DNA of 64,000 nucleotides from Ancylonema sp. (taxonomy: Eukaryota), in the NCBI GenBank assembly GCA_050230475.1, contig JBFLGF010000135.1:1-64000 (forward strand), written 5' to 3'. Position 1 is the first letter of the stretch. Each line of letters starts with the position of its first letter. The notes beneath the pieces were generated by a model. That model was not told the DNA's origin, ran no database searches, and worked only from the letters and a program-made list of their open reading frames with translations. A program made the position numbers and the translations under genes. Of this stretch, positions 53,444 to 64,000 are shown in pieces.

Positions 53444-54110
53444 TAGAGTGGGGGTAACCCTGAAATTATTTTGAGGGTTAAGTCGTAACCCTAAAATAAC
53501 CCCTTTTAACCCTGATTAACCCTTTTAACCCTGAAAAACCGTGATTAACCCTGATTAACCCTAATCAACCCTAATTAACCCTGAATATCCTTAATAATCC
53601 CGATAACCCTGCTTAACCCTGATTAACCCTTGGGTTATTAACCCTGAAATACCTTTCAAAATTAATATGACGGAACCGGAAAAAAAAAAAACGGAAAGGT
53701 TATTAATTTAAACAGGTTATTTATTTGGACAGGTTGTTAATTCACCCGAAATCGGGCGCAAGATCGGAGGGAAGATTTCTTCTAAATTTAGACAGGTATT
53801 AATTGGCGCACTATAATTATATTGCGTACCCGGAAGTACCCGTCCCGCCGGCATCGGCGGCGGCGGCGGCAAAATTAGCCCTTCAATAACCCTGATTAAC
53901 CCTTTTTAACCCTGAATAACCCCGATTAACCCTGATTAACCCCGATTTACCCTGATTAACCCTGATAACCCCAGGATTATCGGGTTAAATCAGGGTTAAC
54001 CAGTAACCTCGAGGTTTTAACCCTGTTTTGGGGAGGAGGGTCAAATCAGGCTATTAACCTCGAGATTAAGGGTTAAGGGTTATCAGGGTTAAGGGTTAAC
54101 CCCCACTCTA
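53444..54110. mobile_element. hAT-type MITE with TAACCC-rich subterminal repeats
   Basis: TIR TAGAGTGGGGGT(T)AACCC at both ends, perfect 8-bp TSD TCCGTAGC. Confidence 0.9.
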
Positions 54111-54132
54111 TCCGTAGCGCCGTCTCTTCTCC

Positions 54133-54594
54133 CATAGTGTGCGGGGAGCCCAACGAAACCCTTTGGGCTCCGGGCTCCGCCGGAGCCGAGCCCAAGGTCG
54201 CGGCTCCGGCCTCATTTTGGGAGCCCGGAGCCCATTGCAAATCCTGGAGCCTATCCCGGAGCCCGGAGCCCAAGATCCGGGCTCGGAGCTTACCCGGAGC
54301 CCAGCTCGGAGCCCAAAATTCACCCAAAAAAAATGAAAAATAAAAAAATATCATTTCTCTCCTGACGATCTGGCCGTACGATCCGTTTGCTTTCCCGTTT
54401 TTTTCATGAATTTATGAATCATGGGCTCCGAGCCCGGATCTGAACCCAATCCGAGCCTGGATCTTACGCTCCGACGTGGGCTCCGACGTTTAGCTCGGAG
54501 CCGGAGGAAAAACACCCCTTTGGGCTCCGAACTCAATGAGCCCAGATCTTGGGCTCATTGAGATCTTTGGGCTCCGGGTTCCCTGCACACTAAA
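54133..54594. mobile_element. MITE (hAT-like) with GGAGCC/GGCTCC repeats
   Basis: TIRs TAGTGTGCGGGGAGCCC / GGGTTCCCTGCACACTA. No clear TSD. Confidence 0.7.
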
Positions 54595-54833
54595 AATGTG
54601 GGTTACCGCCACCCTACGTTGGGTGGCGGTAACCCGCATTTTTTTGTCCGGTTTAAAAATAACCCGCACATACCCTCAAGTAACCCGCAAATACCCTAAC
54701 GTACCCCTAAGGGTGTTACTTAGTTGTTCCTGAGCTCCTGAGGATGAGAGTCATTGCCCGATTGTCGACATCCGTCGTAGAATAGTGTGATTGCTTGCAC
54801 AGTCAACGAGTGTCATTGCTAGTCCAGTCAGGC

Positions 54834-56652
54834 ATGCCGCTTATCATTCCGGCTCTGTTTTTCCTACTGTCGGCCTGGCTACTATCGGCCATGTATCTGC
54901 TGTCAACCTCAATTTCAAAACAGCGGAGACGATTGCCCGGTATGTTGTTTGAGGATATGTCATCGTATATACCTCTGCAATGACGATGTCCAAAATAAGC
55001 TGGCAGAGTCTACCGCCATTCTCCTGCTAAGTCCCAGAGCGTTAATGCCCTCCTGCCAATCGAGATTCATCACGTTATGTAGTATTTGTTAATCAGACTC
55101 TGGACAAGTCATATATATGTTTCTCAAGTTTGCCTTTGGTTTGACTTCTAAGTTACGCCTGGGCGACCATTTGTACTTGATCCCTTGATGTCAGCGTGCA
55201 CTCTCCAGCCCCCATCACATGCGGAAAATGTGATGTTGGTGATTGCTCATCCGGACGATGAGTGCATGTAAGCAATTCACATACACCACTGCACCATAGA
55301 TAAGACATATAAAGATGACAATCAGGAGGGAATGCTTGCAATCCAGGTTCTTTGCCCCCGTACTGCTGGCTCTAGCGTTTCATGGAAGCTACAAGCTCCA
55401 TCTTCTGTGTCTCTCTACAGGTCTGCCTGAACACGAGCACACTCGCTGCAAGGGCGTTCTCTCCTTTTCTAGCAATAATATCCGCCTTCCCTACACAGGA
55501 AATGCTGACGGCTTGGGGAGTATCCGCGCGAAGGAGTTGATAGCTTCTTGTCAACATTTGGCAATTGCAAAAGAGGACATTACAGTTGTGGACCACGCCA
55601 ATCTGCAGGTGTTGCACAAGGTCCTCCACTAAAAATAGTCGATTCACGGAGTTGTTTATGAGTGGGCTTTGCGCTGTGACAGGATGGATTCCATCATCAA
55701 TGGGCATTGGAAGACATGACGCCACATGTAGTGCGGGCCTCTCAAAGACAGAACATCCACACGGTGCGTCTACTAGACGCCTTGTCCATTAAGTACTCGT
55801 TGTTTGTGGCCTTTGTTCGATGTACTTCACAAGTAACCTTTTTTTTCCACGCAGATTCTAACTTTTGATGCCTACGGAGTATCAGGGCACCCCAATCATG
55901 GCGAGGTTTGCAAAGGAGTAAGGTGATGAGTTGGAGGGAGAGCACGGAACGAATATCTAACCTTGATGGTACCCTGACATACATCACATCTTTGTGGTTG
56001 TACAGAAGCGCATTGGTTCAATTAAGAGCCACTGGAGTGCGAGCATGGCAACTGGTACCATTCTCTAACAAGCCCTTGAAGTATGTGAGCTATTGACAAG
56101 ATGAATAGGAGAGGGCTTTGTGAGCAGGAAAGCAGCAGCTTGCTCAACAAATTTATTGGGCCACTATCGTTGCCGCTTGCTCTGGGCAATAGCGAGGGTC
56201 GCATTTGGTTTGTGAGCCCCAATCCATTGGCAGGAGCTGCAGCAATGAAGTGCCATGCAAGCCAATGGGTGTGGTAAGATAACCAAATCCGTGCTGCTCT
56301 TTGGGAGTTACTGCTTTGTTGAATGATGGGGGTGTGGTTATCGGTCGATTTGTCTTGTCGATACATACAAAAGCAGAAAACTGATAAATTGAAAAAAAAA
56401 ATGCACATTAAGTCGACATGTTCAAGTCTTTTGGTACTTGTGGGAGTCAGGTAAACGTTTTGGTGGCATGACGTTGGCTTGGCTTTTGCGAGACTTCGGA
56501 TTGAGTAAAAGCCTTGAGTCTCATACATGCTTTTTCTTGTTTTGGGACAATTCTTGTTATGGCGGGTGTTGTTGTGTAGGTTTCGGTGGTTGTTTGTTGC
56601 ATTCGCGCGCTACACTTATGTGAACTCTTTTACTGAGATGGAATGTTTGTGA
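54834..56652 (+). CDS. PIGL: N-acetylglucosaminyl-phosphatidylinositol de-N-acetylase (GPI anchor biosynthesis), 9 exons, 259 aa
   Basis: Exons 54834-54939, 55195-55267, 55347-55420, 55499-55608, 55683-55763, 55855-55922, 56006-56054, 56128-56273, 56580-56652 (780 nt). N-terminal TM segment, IAHPDDECMFFAP, CLSTGNADGLG, TFDAYGVSGHPNH, HASQWVWFR. Confidence 0.95.
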
Positions 56653-57366
56653 CGTAGATGGAATGTTTGTGACGTAGTTAGGATCCACTTTTGAGGTGGT
56701 ATACATGAGATGGTTGTTAATCCCATTTCATTTAGAATAAGTTGTGTTTGCACATGGTGTTGTAAATCATATCGTAGTAGTGTCAAATATTCACGACCGT
56801 TGACACGTTGTGGGTCACCGATATCTCTTATTTGACAGACTAAACATTTAGGCCACTAAGTGGGTCACTCACGGTGTTGGCCAACAAGCGCCTGTGAAAT
56901 GTTCTTGCCACCCTCGATACATCACAAAGCAACAAATATTTAGGTACACCACTCCACTAGGGCCGGAATGTTAGGATAGTGTTCCTGAACATGACAGTCG
57001 TGTCCGGAAAATTCTTTTGATATACCGTACTGGCCACACATTATGACCCTCGAATAATCATGAAAAGGGTGGGTCGGGTCAAATTAAATAATTAGTTTTT
57101 TTTGGTAAACAGTGGGTCATTCTATAATGTCGGTCACCAAATAATAACTATTTTTCACGAGTTTGGGATAATTTATATTGGATGCGCGGGTTGGGTCACA
57201 TGGTGGTTCTTAAGCTAAATTAAATCGATTTTCGCCAAAAAAGTGCCATGCTAAGTCTTTCACCGAAAGACTTAAAGTTTGGACTTGCGCCGCTGCTGAG
57301 TCGAAAGTCCACACGTGTGCGAGACTTAGCGCTGCACGGGTATGGCTTAGCTGCGCTAAAAAGAAT

Positions 57367-58486
57367 CATAGTTGCACGGACCGGCGGACCGGGGTCGAGA
57401 GGTCCCGACTCCGGACCGAGGTCCGTCCTTTTGGGTCAAAAATCCGGACCGGCTATGTAGGGTAATATCGATTTTTGGGGGTTTTAATGTGTTTTCCGTG
57501 GAGAAAAAGCTCCGGAAGTTTCTTTTTCGCACACAAAATACTACTTCACATCTCATAACAATGTAGAAAAAATGCTAGACCTATCAAATAAGTAATTAAA
57601 ACCTGCAATGCATCATTGTAGATAACATTTTTCACCACTTTCGAAAGATATCACCTGGGGAAATGCTCTAGGTCATTAGGAATGGTTATAATTAAGTACT
57701 CCACATTTTTTTCATTTTCAATAGGTTACAATGTAATTTATGAAATGGTGCTCATGTGAGGCTCAAAAAAATGTGATGAATCACCGTATCATGAAATAAA
57801 ATAAAATTAGAAAAACCTATATAGAACATCCTCCCGGTTTATTTTCCACGCTCACAACCTTGTATTCAAACTTCTTTCTAGATACATTCATCACTTCTCA
57901 CTTTCCTATTCTACATAAATAAATGGGTAACTTCCCTATCTATAGTGTCCTTACTTTATCAAAATCTATATTTGCCAACAACTCCATACCTCTATGAAAC
58001 GGGGGAAAAAAAATACGACTTCTACACCCACATTTTTAATTCTATATTTACACCCATAACACTCTTCACTGTCTACACCACCTTAAATAACCCCCCTCTC
58101 ACCACTTCCCACTTCTCCGTTGTCACTCCCCAAAAATCATTCCTCACTCCGAATAACACACTTCTATACGCACCAGTTTACACCAAAATTTCAGCCGTTT
58201 TGTCCATTTTGAATTTCACCATCTCAATCAATGGACGGTTGGATATGAACATGCTATTTTATTTTATTTATTTGTTTATTTGCTACAACTTCGCAAGCAA
58301 CAAATGACACATGTATAGCACACGTGTGAGGTACATGAAAAAAAATGAAGCCCCACGTCCTTTTTCTCCGCAAAAAATATACTCGGCAAAAAAACCCTAC
58401 AAGTTCCCCGGTCCGACCGGGTTCCGACTCGGGACCCGGTCCGACCGCGGTCCGAAAATCCACTGTTGCCGGTCTGTGCAACTATG
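57367..58486. mobile_element. Non-autonomous hAT element, same family as 46326-46697
   Basis: TIRs CATAGTTGCAC / GTGCAACTATG, 8-bp TSD AAAAGAAT/ATAAGAAT (7/8). Confidence 0.85.
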
Positions 58487-58584
58487 ATAAGAATGCGAAC
58501 AGCTGAAGTCAATCGCTCGTGTATCTTGCGTCATGAAAATTCTGGGTATGGGGTTCCAAAAATATGGATATCAGATTTTGGCTG

Positions 58585-58680
58585 AGGCGTCCGGGTCCGG
58601 GACGAGTCCGGGACCCGTCCGGGCCCGGACGCGTCCCGGACGCGTCCGAAGATCCCCGGACGGTCCGGGACGCAACTATG
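58585..58680. mobile_element. Orphan hAT-like end
   Basis: GTCCGGGAC repeats ending GCAACTATG, like the right TIR of the adjacent element. Confidence 0.5.
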
Positions 58681-59819
58681 CATTTCGCGCGTTCTGGGGC
58701 TAAGATTTCTATTTCCGGCACTCTGCATTATTACGGAATTTTTAATTGTAAATCAATTCTGAAAGAAAAGAAGATCAGGATTCGTATACGTATTTCCGCT
58801 CTTCGAGCAGAAATTAATCGGTGTAGAGCATATAAGTCGTTGAGGTAGGAGCCCTCGCTGGAAGAGGAGAGGAGGCTACCAGCCGCGAAAGTGTGTTTCG
58901 CTGATGTGGCAGCTACACGTGCCGCTGCATCCGGCATTATTTAAGTATTAAGTGCGACCCCGTGCGACGATAACGACCCCGTCCTGGCTTGGCTTAATTT
59001 CATGAAATCCCGGAGATACCCGCACTCGCAAGTCTAAGCTAAGCAAAACACGCAAAAGAAGGGGTAATGATTACTATCGCTTAAGCCAAGTCTAACGGGC
59101 TAAGTCGGCGGTGATCGTGAATGCCCTAATTACCCCCACCGTACCAAACCCTTAAATACCCGGAAATATCCCTAAAAACCCGCACATACCCGGAATAACC
59201 CTAGCATATCTTAACATACCCTGAGGGTATTACACCTTCTCACAAGCTAGAAAAAAAAACCATTTTTTTAAAAAACTTTGCATTACTAAAATTTGATTGT
59301 TAAGAGAGTCTCTTTGAAAGACACGCAATCGTAAAGCCTAGACGTTGTATACATAAATATTTGACGATATCGTTGTAAATAACATGGAGCATGGACCATA
59401 GTGGAACATGGAACATGGAGCATGGACCATAGTGACTCGCTCTTCTTATTCTTCCGAAAGATCCACATTCCTCCGAAAGTGTTCCACACATTTCTCATGA
59501 GATGGCTCTTCTTCACCAACTGCCTCTTGCGTATCAAGTGACATGTCCATGACGAAAAATGGTTGCTACTGTGTCCCCAATCCTCAACAAAAAAATAAGC
59601 CACCCACCCACATAGCTATTAACGACCTCTACACAAGTCCGATCCAGGCAGTCTCGAGACTCTCTAAGCCGCGAGCGACAACTTGTCGCGGACAATGGGG
59701 ATAGGTTTCGCGCCGTTCGCAATAAGGTTTTTGGGCCACAGCCAGGCCGCACAAATTCGTAACTAAAAATTATAGGCGATAAGAGACCGATAGATGACAA
59801 AAAAATCCCGGAAGAACTT

Positions 59820-60032
59820 ACCATAACCTACCCTGATGTACCCTGAAGTACCCTCAAATGCCCTCAAATACCCTCATATACCCTAGGGTATTCCGGGTGT
59901 TTTCGGGTACGAGGGTTATTCCGGGTTATTTCGGGTTTTTAACCCGGTTTTTGGATGCCGGGTTATTTGCGGGTTAATACCTCAGGGTTACGGGTTAAGG
60001 GTTTTCCGGGTTAAGGGTAGACCGCCACCCTA
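59820..60032. mobile_element. TACCC/GGGTA-rich transposon end; related pieces at about 9240-9670, 54598-54720 and 59130-59235
   Basis: Ends ACCGCCACCCTA, the same terminus as 54605-54616. Dense TACCC/AACCC repeats. Confidence 0.55.
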
Positions 60033-60684
60033 CTCCCACGCGGTCAGGCGGTGGCGGACGCTTGAAACAGCCTGCGGACGGGAAACATACCCAAAACCAC
60101 GCCACGTGTTTGAGGTGTCGCGTGGTGCGTGACTGTAGAGTGAATCTAGGCTGGAAAATCTTAGCCGTCTATCGGGGTGTAGATCGAAATTCACCGGTGG
60201 GTACGTGCGTGCAGGGGGTGCATCGTATCTGAGGTGGCATACAACAATTCCGTGAACGGAGTCCCGAAATTACCCGACTGCCATCCAGACGATGAACGAA
60301 TTATCTGCAGACTTCCCTCACAGCACTGAATATCATGTTATTTGCCTGCGACAGACTCTGATTCCTCTCCACTATCACGGAGTTCTTCTTCCAATCCTGA
60401 AGTAGGTTACTGAAATACTAGTTGCCGAGTAGGGAGAGTGCTGTCTGTCGAGGGAAATATTTCATTATCATTCTCTGAATTCGCACAACTTTCAACAGGT
60501 TGGCTTCCATCCATGAGAATTGGGTCGATTGTTTTTGCTCCTGACCTATCTCCTACTGTCGCTTGGATATTTTAATGGACGTTGTCTACCCATGAATGTC
60601 ACCATTTCTATCGTTCTGGTTCCAGGCGGGCTATTCATTTGCCTCTTCCTACCGTTTTGTTTCCCCCCAGTACCCGCAAAAAAG

Positions 60685-61825
60685 ATGTCTTCTCCCAAGT
60701 CCGCCGATCACAAGGATGTGCAAGAACATCACAAGAACATTAAAAGCGGAGTTGAGCGTCTTGACAGACACTCAGGTACAACTGGCATTACACTCACAGC
60801 TCATGTCGCTCAGGAGATGTTCGTGCTTCTAATATTGGGACGATCGAAAAAACATCAAGTGTTTTTGTACCAAATGTTTTTTTCATTAGTACTGTTCCTG
60901 GTAATCACTCAACTGACTTATTTGAATTACACCTAACTGCTTGAAACAAATCAAATCAAATCAATCATCATGGTTTTGGAGAGCAGCTGGCTGGACGTTA
61001 CATTCTATCCAACTGAAATGTCGGCAATGTCCCTGCCGTATCAAAATCATGGCTTGCATGTCCAAGGTACGGTTCGGTTCTATTTTTATATTTTTGTCTT
61101 CAGTCAAACGACCTCACGAGGTCTGTATTGTATTGGGAGGCACAAAAGTTTCCGAAAGCTTCTCCGAGACGCCCTGCACTAGCGGTGAAAGTATGGGGCA
61201 ATAGTAGGGCACTAAATTGAGGCCACTGATGCTTTAACCTCATAGTGTAGCTGCCATAGTCGCTCAAAAGAGATGCACTTACATGTTGCATTTTTCTGTT
61301 ATAATTCCCTCCCTCTCATTGAATTCAGCGACTGGAGTTCGAGGGGAGCCTCGAAAAGGTGGGCGCGTTTCTCTCATGTGAAATTCAGCATCCTGTCTCA
61401 CCATTGAAGCTAAACAGTACCTGCGTGGCTTGCACCTGCTTGTTTAACAGTGTGTCAGTTACATGAGCATCAGGGGTCATAGTTTCATTGTTCAAATTCA
61501 GCGATGGCCACGATGAAAAATGGTTGTCATCTCTTTACGAAGTGAAGTTTTTTTCAGATCTACTCGTCTTTGAAGTCAGCATGTCATCTAGGAAGTATCC
61601 TCCCAGACAATCCCAAAAATCCGTCAAACTATAGTTGGTATTAGTCGTATCTGGACTGATTGGGTTGCAGAACATATCTGCTCACAATGATCTGCAGGTG
61701 GGGCTGGAGCGAAGGGTGCATGGGGTCTTCCTGGGGAAGAATATGACAGCCAGCCAGTAGCAGTGCTCAACGAAAAGGACCCGAACTATGACCCTGAAGA
61801 ACATGAGGAGAAACTGGTGAAATAG
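60685..61825 (+). CDS. 82-aa protein resembling the PDCD4 / plant MA3-protein N-terminal ribosome-binding motif, with no MA3 domain in the window
   Basis: Exons 60685-60775, 61329-61358, 61698-61825 (249 nt, phase 1/1, GT-AG) give MSSPKSADHKDVQEHHKNIKSGVERLDRHSATGVRGEPRKGGAGAKGAWGLPGEEYDSQPVAVLNEKDPNYDPEEHEEKLVK*. Confidence 0.8.
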
Positions 61826-62658
61826 AGTGTTGCCAGAAAACGTATTCTCGTTAGATGTTGTATTTGTATTGTTTCCTATTGAGGACTTCCCGGAGGATAC
61901 AATCAGGTTGTACCATTTTTCGTGAGGATAGGCTTTGTAACATTCGAGTAACATTGGGGTGGTAATATACCATCTGTAGTAGATTCATGTGTGCATATTG
62001 TTGTTTATTTCCTACGGACATTTTTTTCCGAAACCACTTCAACTTTGTAATGTGCTCGTTGGACACGTATGAAACACGATTTGGACACAGCTTTAAATAA
62101 CATGTGGTCATGAGAATATGTTGAAGACTTTTGGCTTTCGCCCCCCTCCAAGGTATTTGTCTTTGAAAAATTGTAACATGACAAAATCATTTGTGTATTA
62201 ATAATTGGTCATACATGTGGACGCGGCATGCTTGTGAGGTAGATATTAAATGTTCGCTCTCGCTCTTCGGATGGCATGACACGTGCTTCTTGAAATTTAT
62301 GATCTCCGAAGTCTGGTTTCCGGTACTCATAACTCCCGCATCGCATGGCAAATTGTTGTCGCCAATTTTGATGTTGAGCTTGTCTTCAGGATTCTGGCCT
62401 TCGACTCGATGACTTGGAATTCCTGATTCTGAATTTCCGAACCTCCGACCTTTAATTTGTGAATGTGTCATGCCAATCCGCACCGTCTTCTTCTCTCCAC
62501 TCCGGGTCCCATACCCATCTGCCACCGTCACCGATGTCGATGTCGTCGTGCTGGTCCGTGTTACTTGCGAGCCGAAGCTTGAGTATCTGAATTCGCCGGA
62601 GGCTGGCTTCTTCGACCTTCTCTTGCATCACCGGAGGGGCTGGTTCTGACCGTATCTC

Positions 62659-64000
62659 TGTGAGTGCTTTCTTCTGCCATCAATGCAAGAATAAAGCACA
62701 ACTCTCTCAGACAACTCTTGAATCGACAGATCACGTCATTACAAACGTTGACACAACAAAAGTGCAAGGTTGAAGTAGAAAGTCTGATTAAGGACTTCAG
62801 CATGCAAGCTCAGACCTAGTACAGTCAATTGTTGCCTGGTCAAAGAATCTGCCGGTATCGAAACTACTTCGTCAATTGCCAATCATATCTAAGCATTCTG
62901 CCACATCAACTAGTTCTTATCGACACTTGTGCAGATGGCCCAGTAATCATTAAAACAAGGACGTCGGCCTGCAGCCGGCCTGCAGCCTGCCAGCAGCCTG
63001 CATTTGCTGAATAACGACAAAACTAAAGCTAAATTCCCGGTGCTAAAATCGATATAACGCAAAAGTTCACAGCCCCTAAAAACTAACACCCCCTCCCTGG
63101 GTACTTTTGTATTCCCCCTCCAAAAACGAATAACCAACAAACCGATATCGATTTTACGAACACAAATTGACAAAAACTCACTAATACACCAACCCCACCA
63201 GATCACAATTCTTCTTCAACACCTTGACAGACACTGGTTTTTTTTTTGTCAACATATCAGCCTGGTCTTCATTCTTGACAAACTGTAGACTGATTTTTTT
63301 CTTGGACACCCTCTCTCGAATGGAATGATACTTGATCTCGATGTCTTTGGAGCGCTTGTGAAAAACAGGATTTTCAGCAAGATTCAAAGAACTCTCATTG
63401 TCTCCCAGCAATAGCACACCCCCCCCACCAATACCCAACTCCTTTTGCATCTGGCTCAAATAAATGGCCTCAATTTCGAGCAACACTCAATGCCAAATAC
63501 TCACTCTCACAGCTTGAGTGTCTGACTGTCTCCAGGAGACCACTTTTCCAGCTCACAGCAACTCCTCCACTAAGAAAGACATAGCCAGTTCTCCCCTTCC
63601 TAGTGTCGACGTCGTCACCATGACTAGCATCTGAGTAGCCGATGACCGGCAAATCACCTCCTTTCTTATACATCAGCCCCAAATTGACAGTTCCCTTGAG
63701 ATATCGCAAAACTCTCTTTACCCCCTCCCAATGCTTGTCCCCTGACTGCTGACTGTATCGACACAAGGAGTTAACAGCGGCTGCCAGATCAGGTCTTGTT
63801 CCGAAAGTGAGATACAGCAAACTGCCCATTGCAGACTTGTAGCCCACACCCTCTATTCCAGCAGATTCAGAAGCAGATTCCAGTTTGCAGAAAATTTGAC
63901 ACCCAGCTCAAGAGGAGTAGAAGCAGAATTGCAATCTTGCATCCCAAACTTGGTGAGGAGATCTCTGGCATATTTCTCTTGCACTAAAAACACGTTTCCA
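62659..64000 (-). mobile_element. Ty1/copia element E (B family), 3' end; continues beyond the right edge
   Basis: Complete 3' LTR 62659-63088 (TG...CA on minus), PPT 63089-63098, RNase H (GYSDAS, SCESEY, NPVFHKRSK) and RT end. Highly similar to element B. Confidence 0.93.

Noticed and set aside
53444..54110. Interstitial telomere (TAACCC repeats)
   Set aside because: The repeats are irregular and bounded by TIRs and a perfect 8-bp TSD, so they are MITE subterminal repeats.
56637..56676. 20-bp tandem duplication over the PIG-L stop codon
   Set aside because: It does not alter the protein, since the first copy already contains the stop.
61851..62560. Short minus-strand ORFs as a gene, or plus-strand MA3 exons
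   Set aside because: No recognisable motifs or coherent splice model on either strand.
62659..62960. A second tandem copia copy, suggested by the gag start following the 3' LTR
   Set aside because: The PBS position in element B shows these codons are part of the LTR itself.

Overview
Eukaryotic, intron-rich genomic DNA. The plant-type genes suggest a green plant lineage, possibly a streptophyte alga (inference). Spliced host genes reconstructed by hand: argC (minus strand, runs off the left edge), two damaged convergent MYND-finger paralogues, CSN5, a pirin-family gene (minus), PIG-L, and a 3-exon 82-aa protein resembling only the N-terminal ribosome-binding motif of PDCD4. The centre (about 18.9-40.5 kb) is a nest of four Ty1/copia elements from two families, and a fifth runs off the right edge. 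There is also a small gypsy-derived unit encoding an integrase C-terminus plus a PHD finger, a CRE-like non-LTR retrotransposon inside a non-autonomous hAT element, and many hAT-type MITEs with 8-bp target-site duplications (TSDs). Most notable: the stand-alone PDCD4-motif microprotein, an in-frame TGA at the same integrase/RT position in two diverged copia elements, and the integrase-PHD mini-element. No rRNA, tRNA or CRISPR seen. All homology calls come from motif recognition, not database searches.
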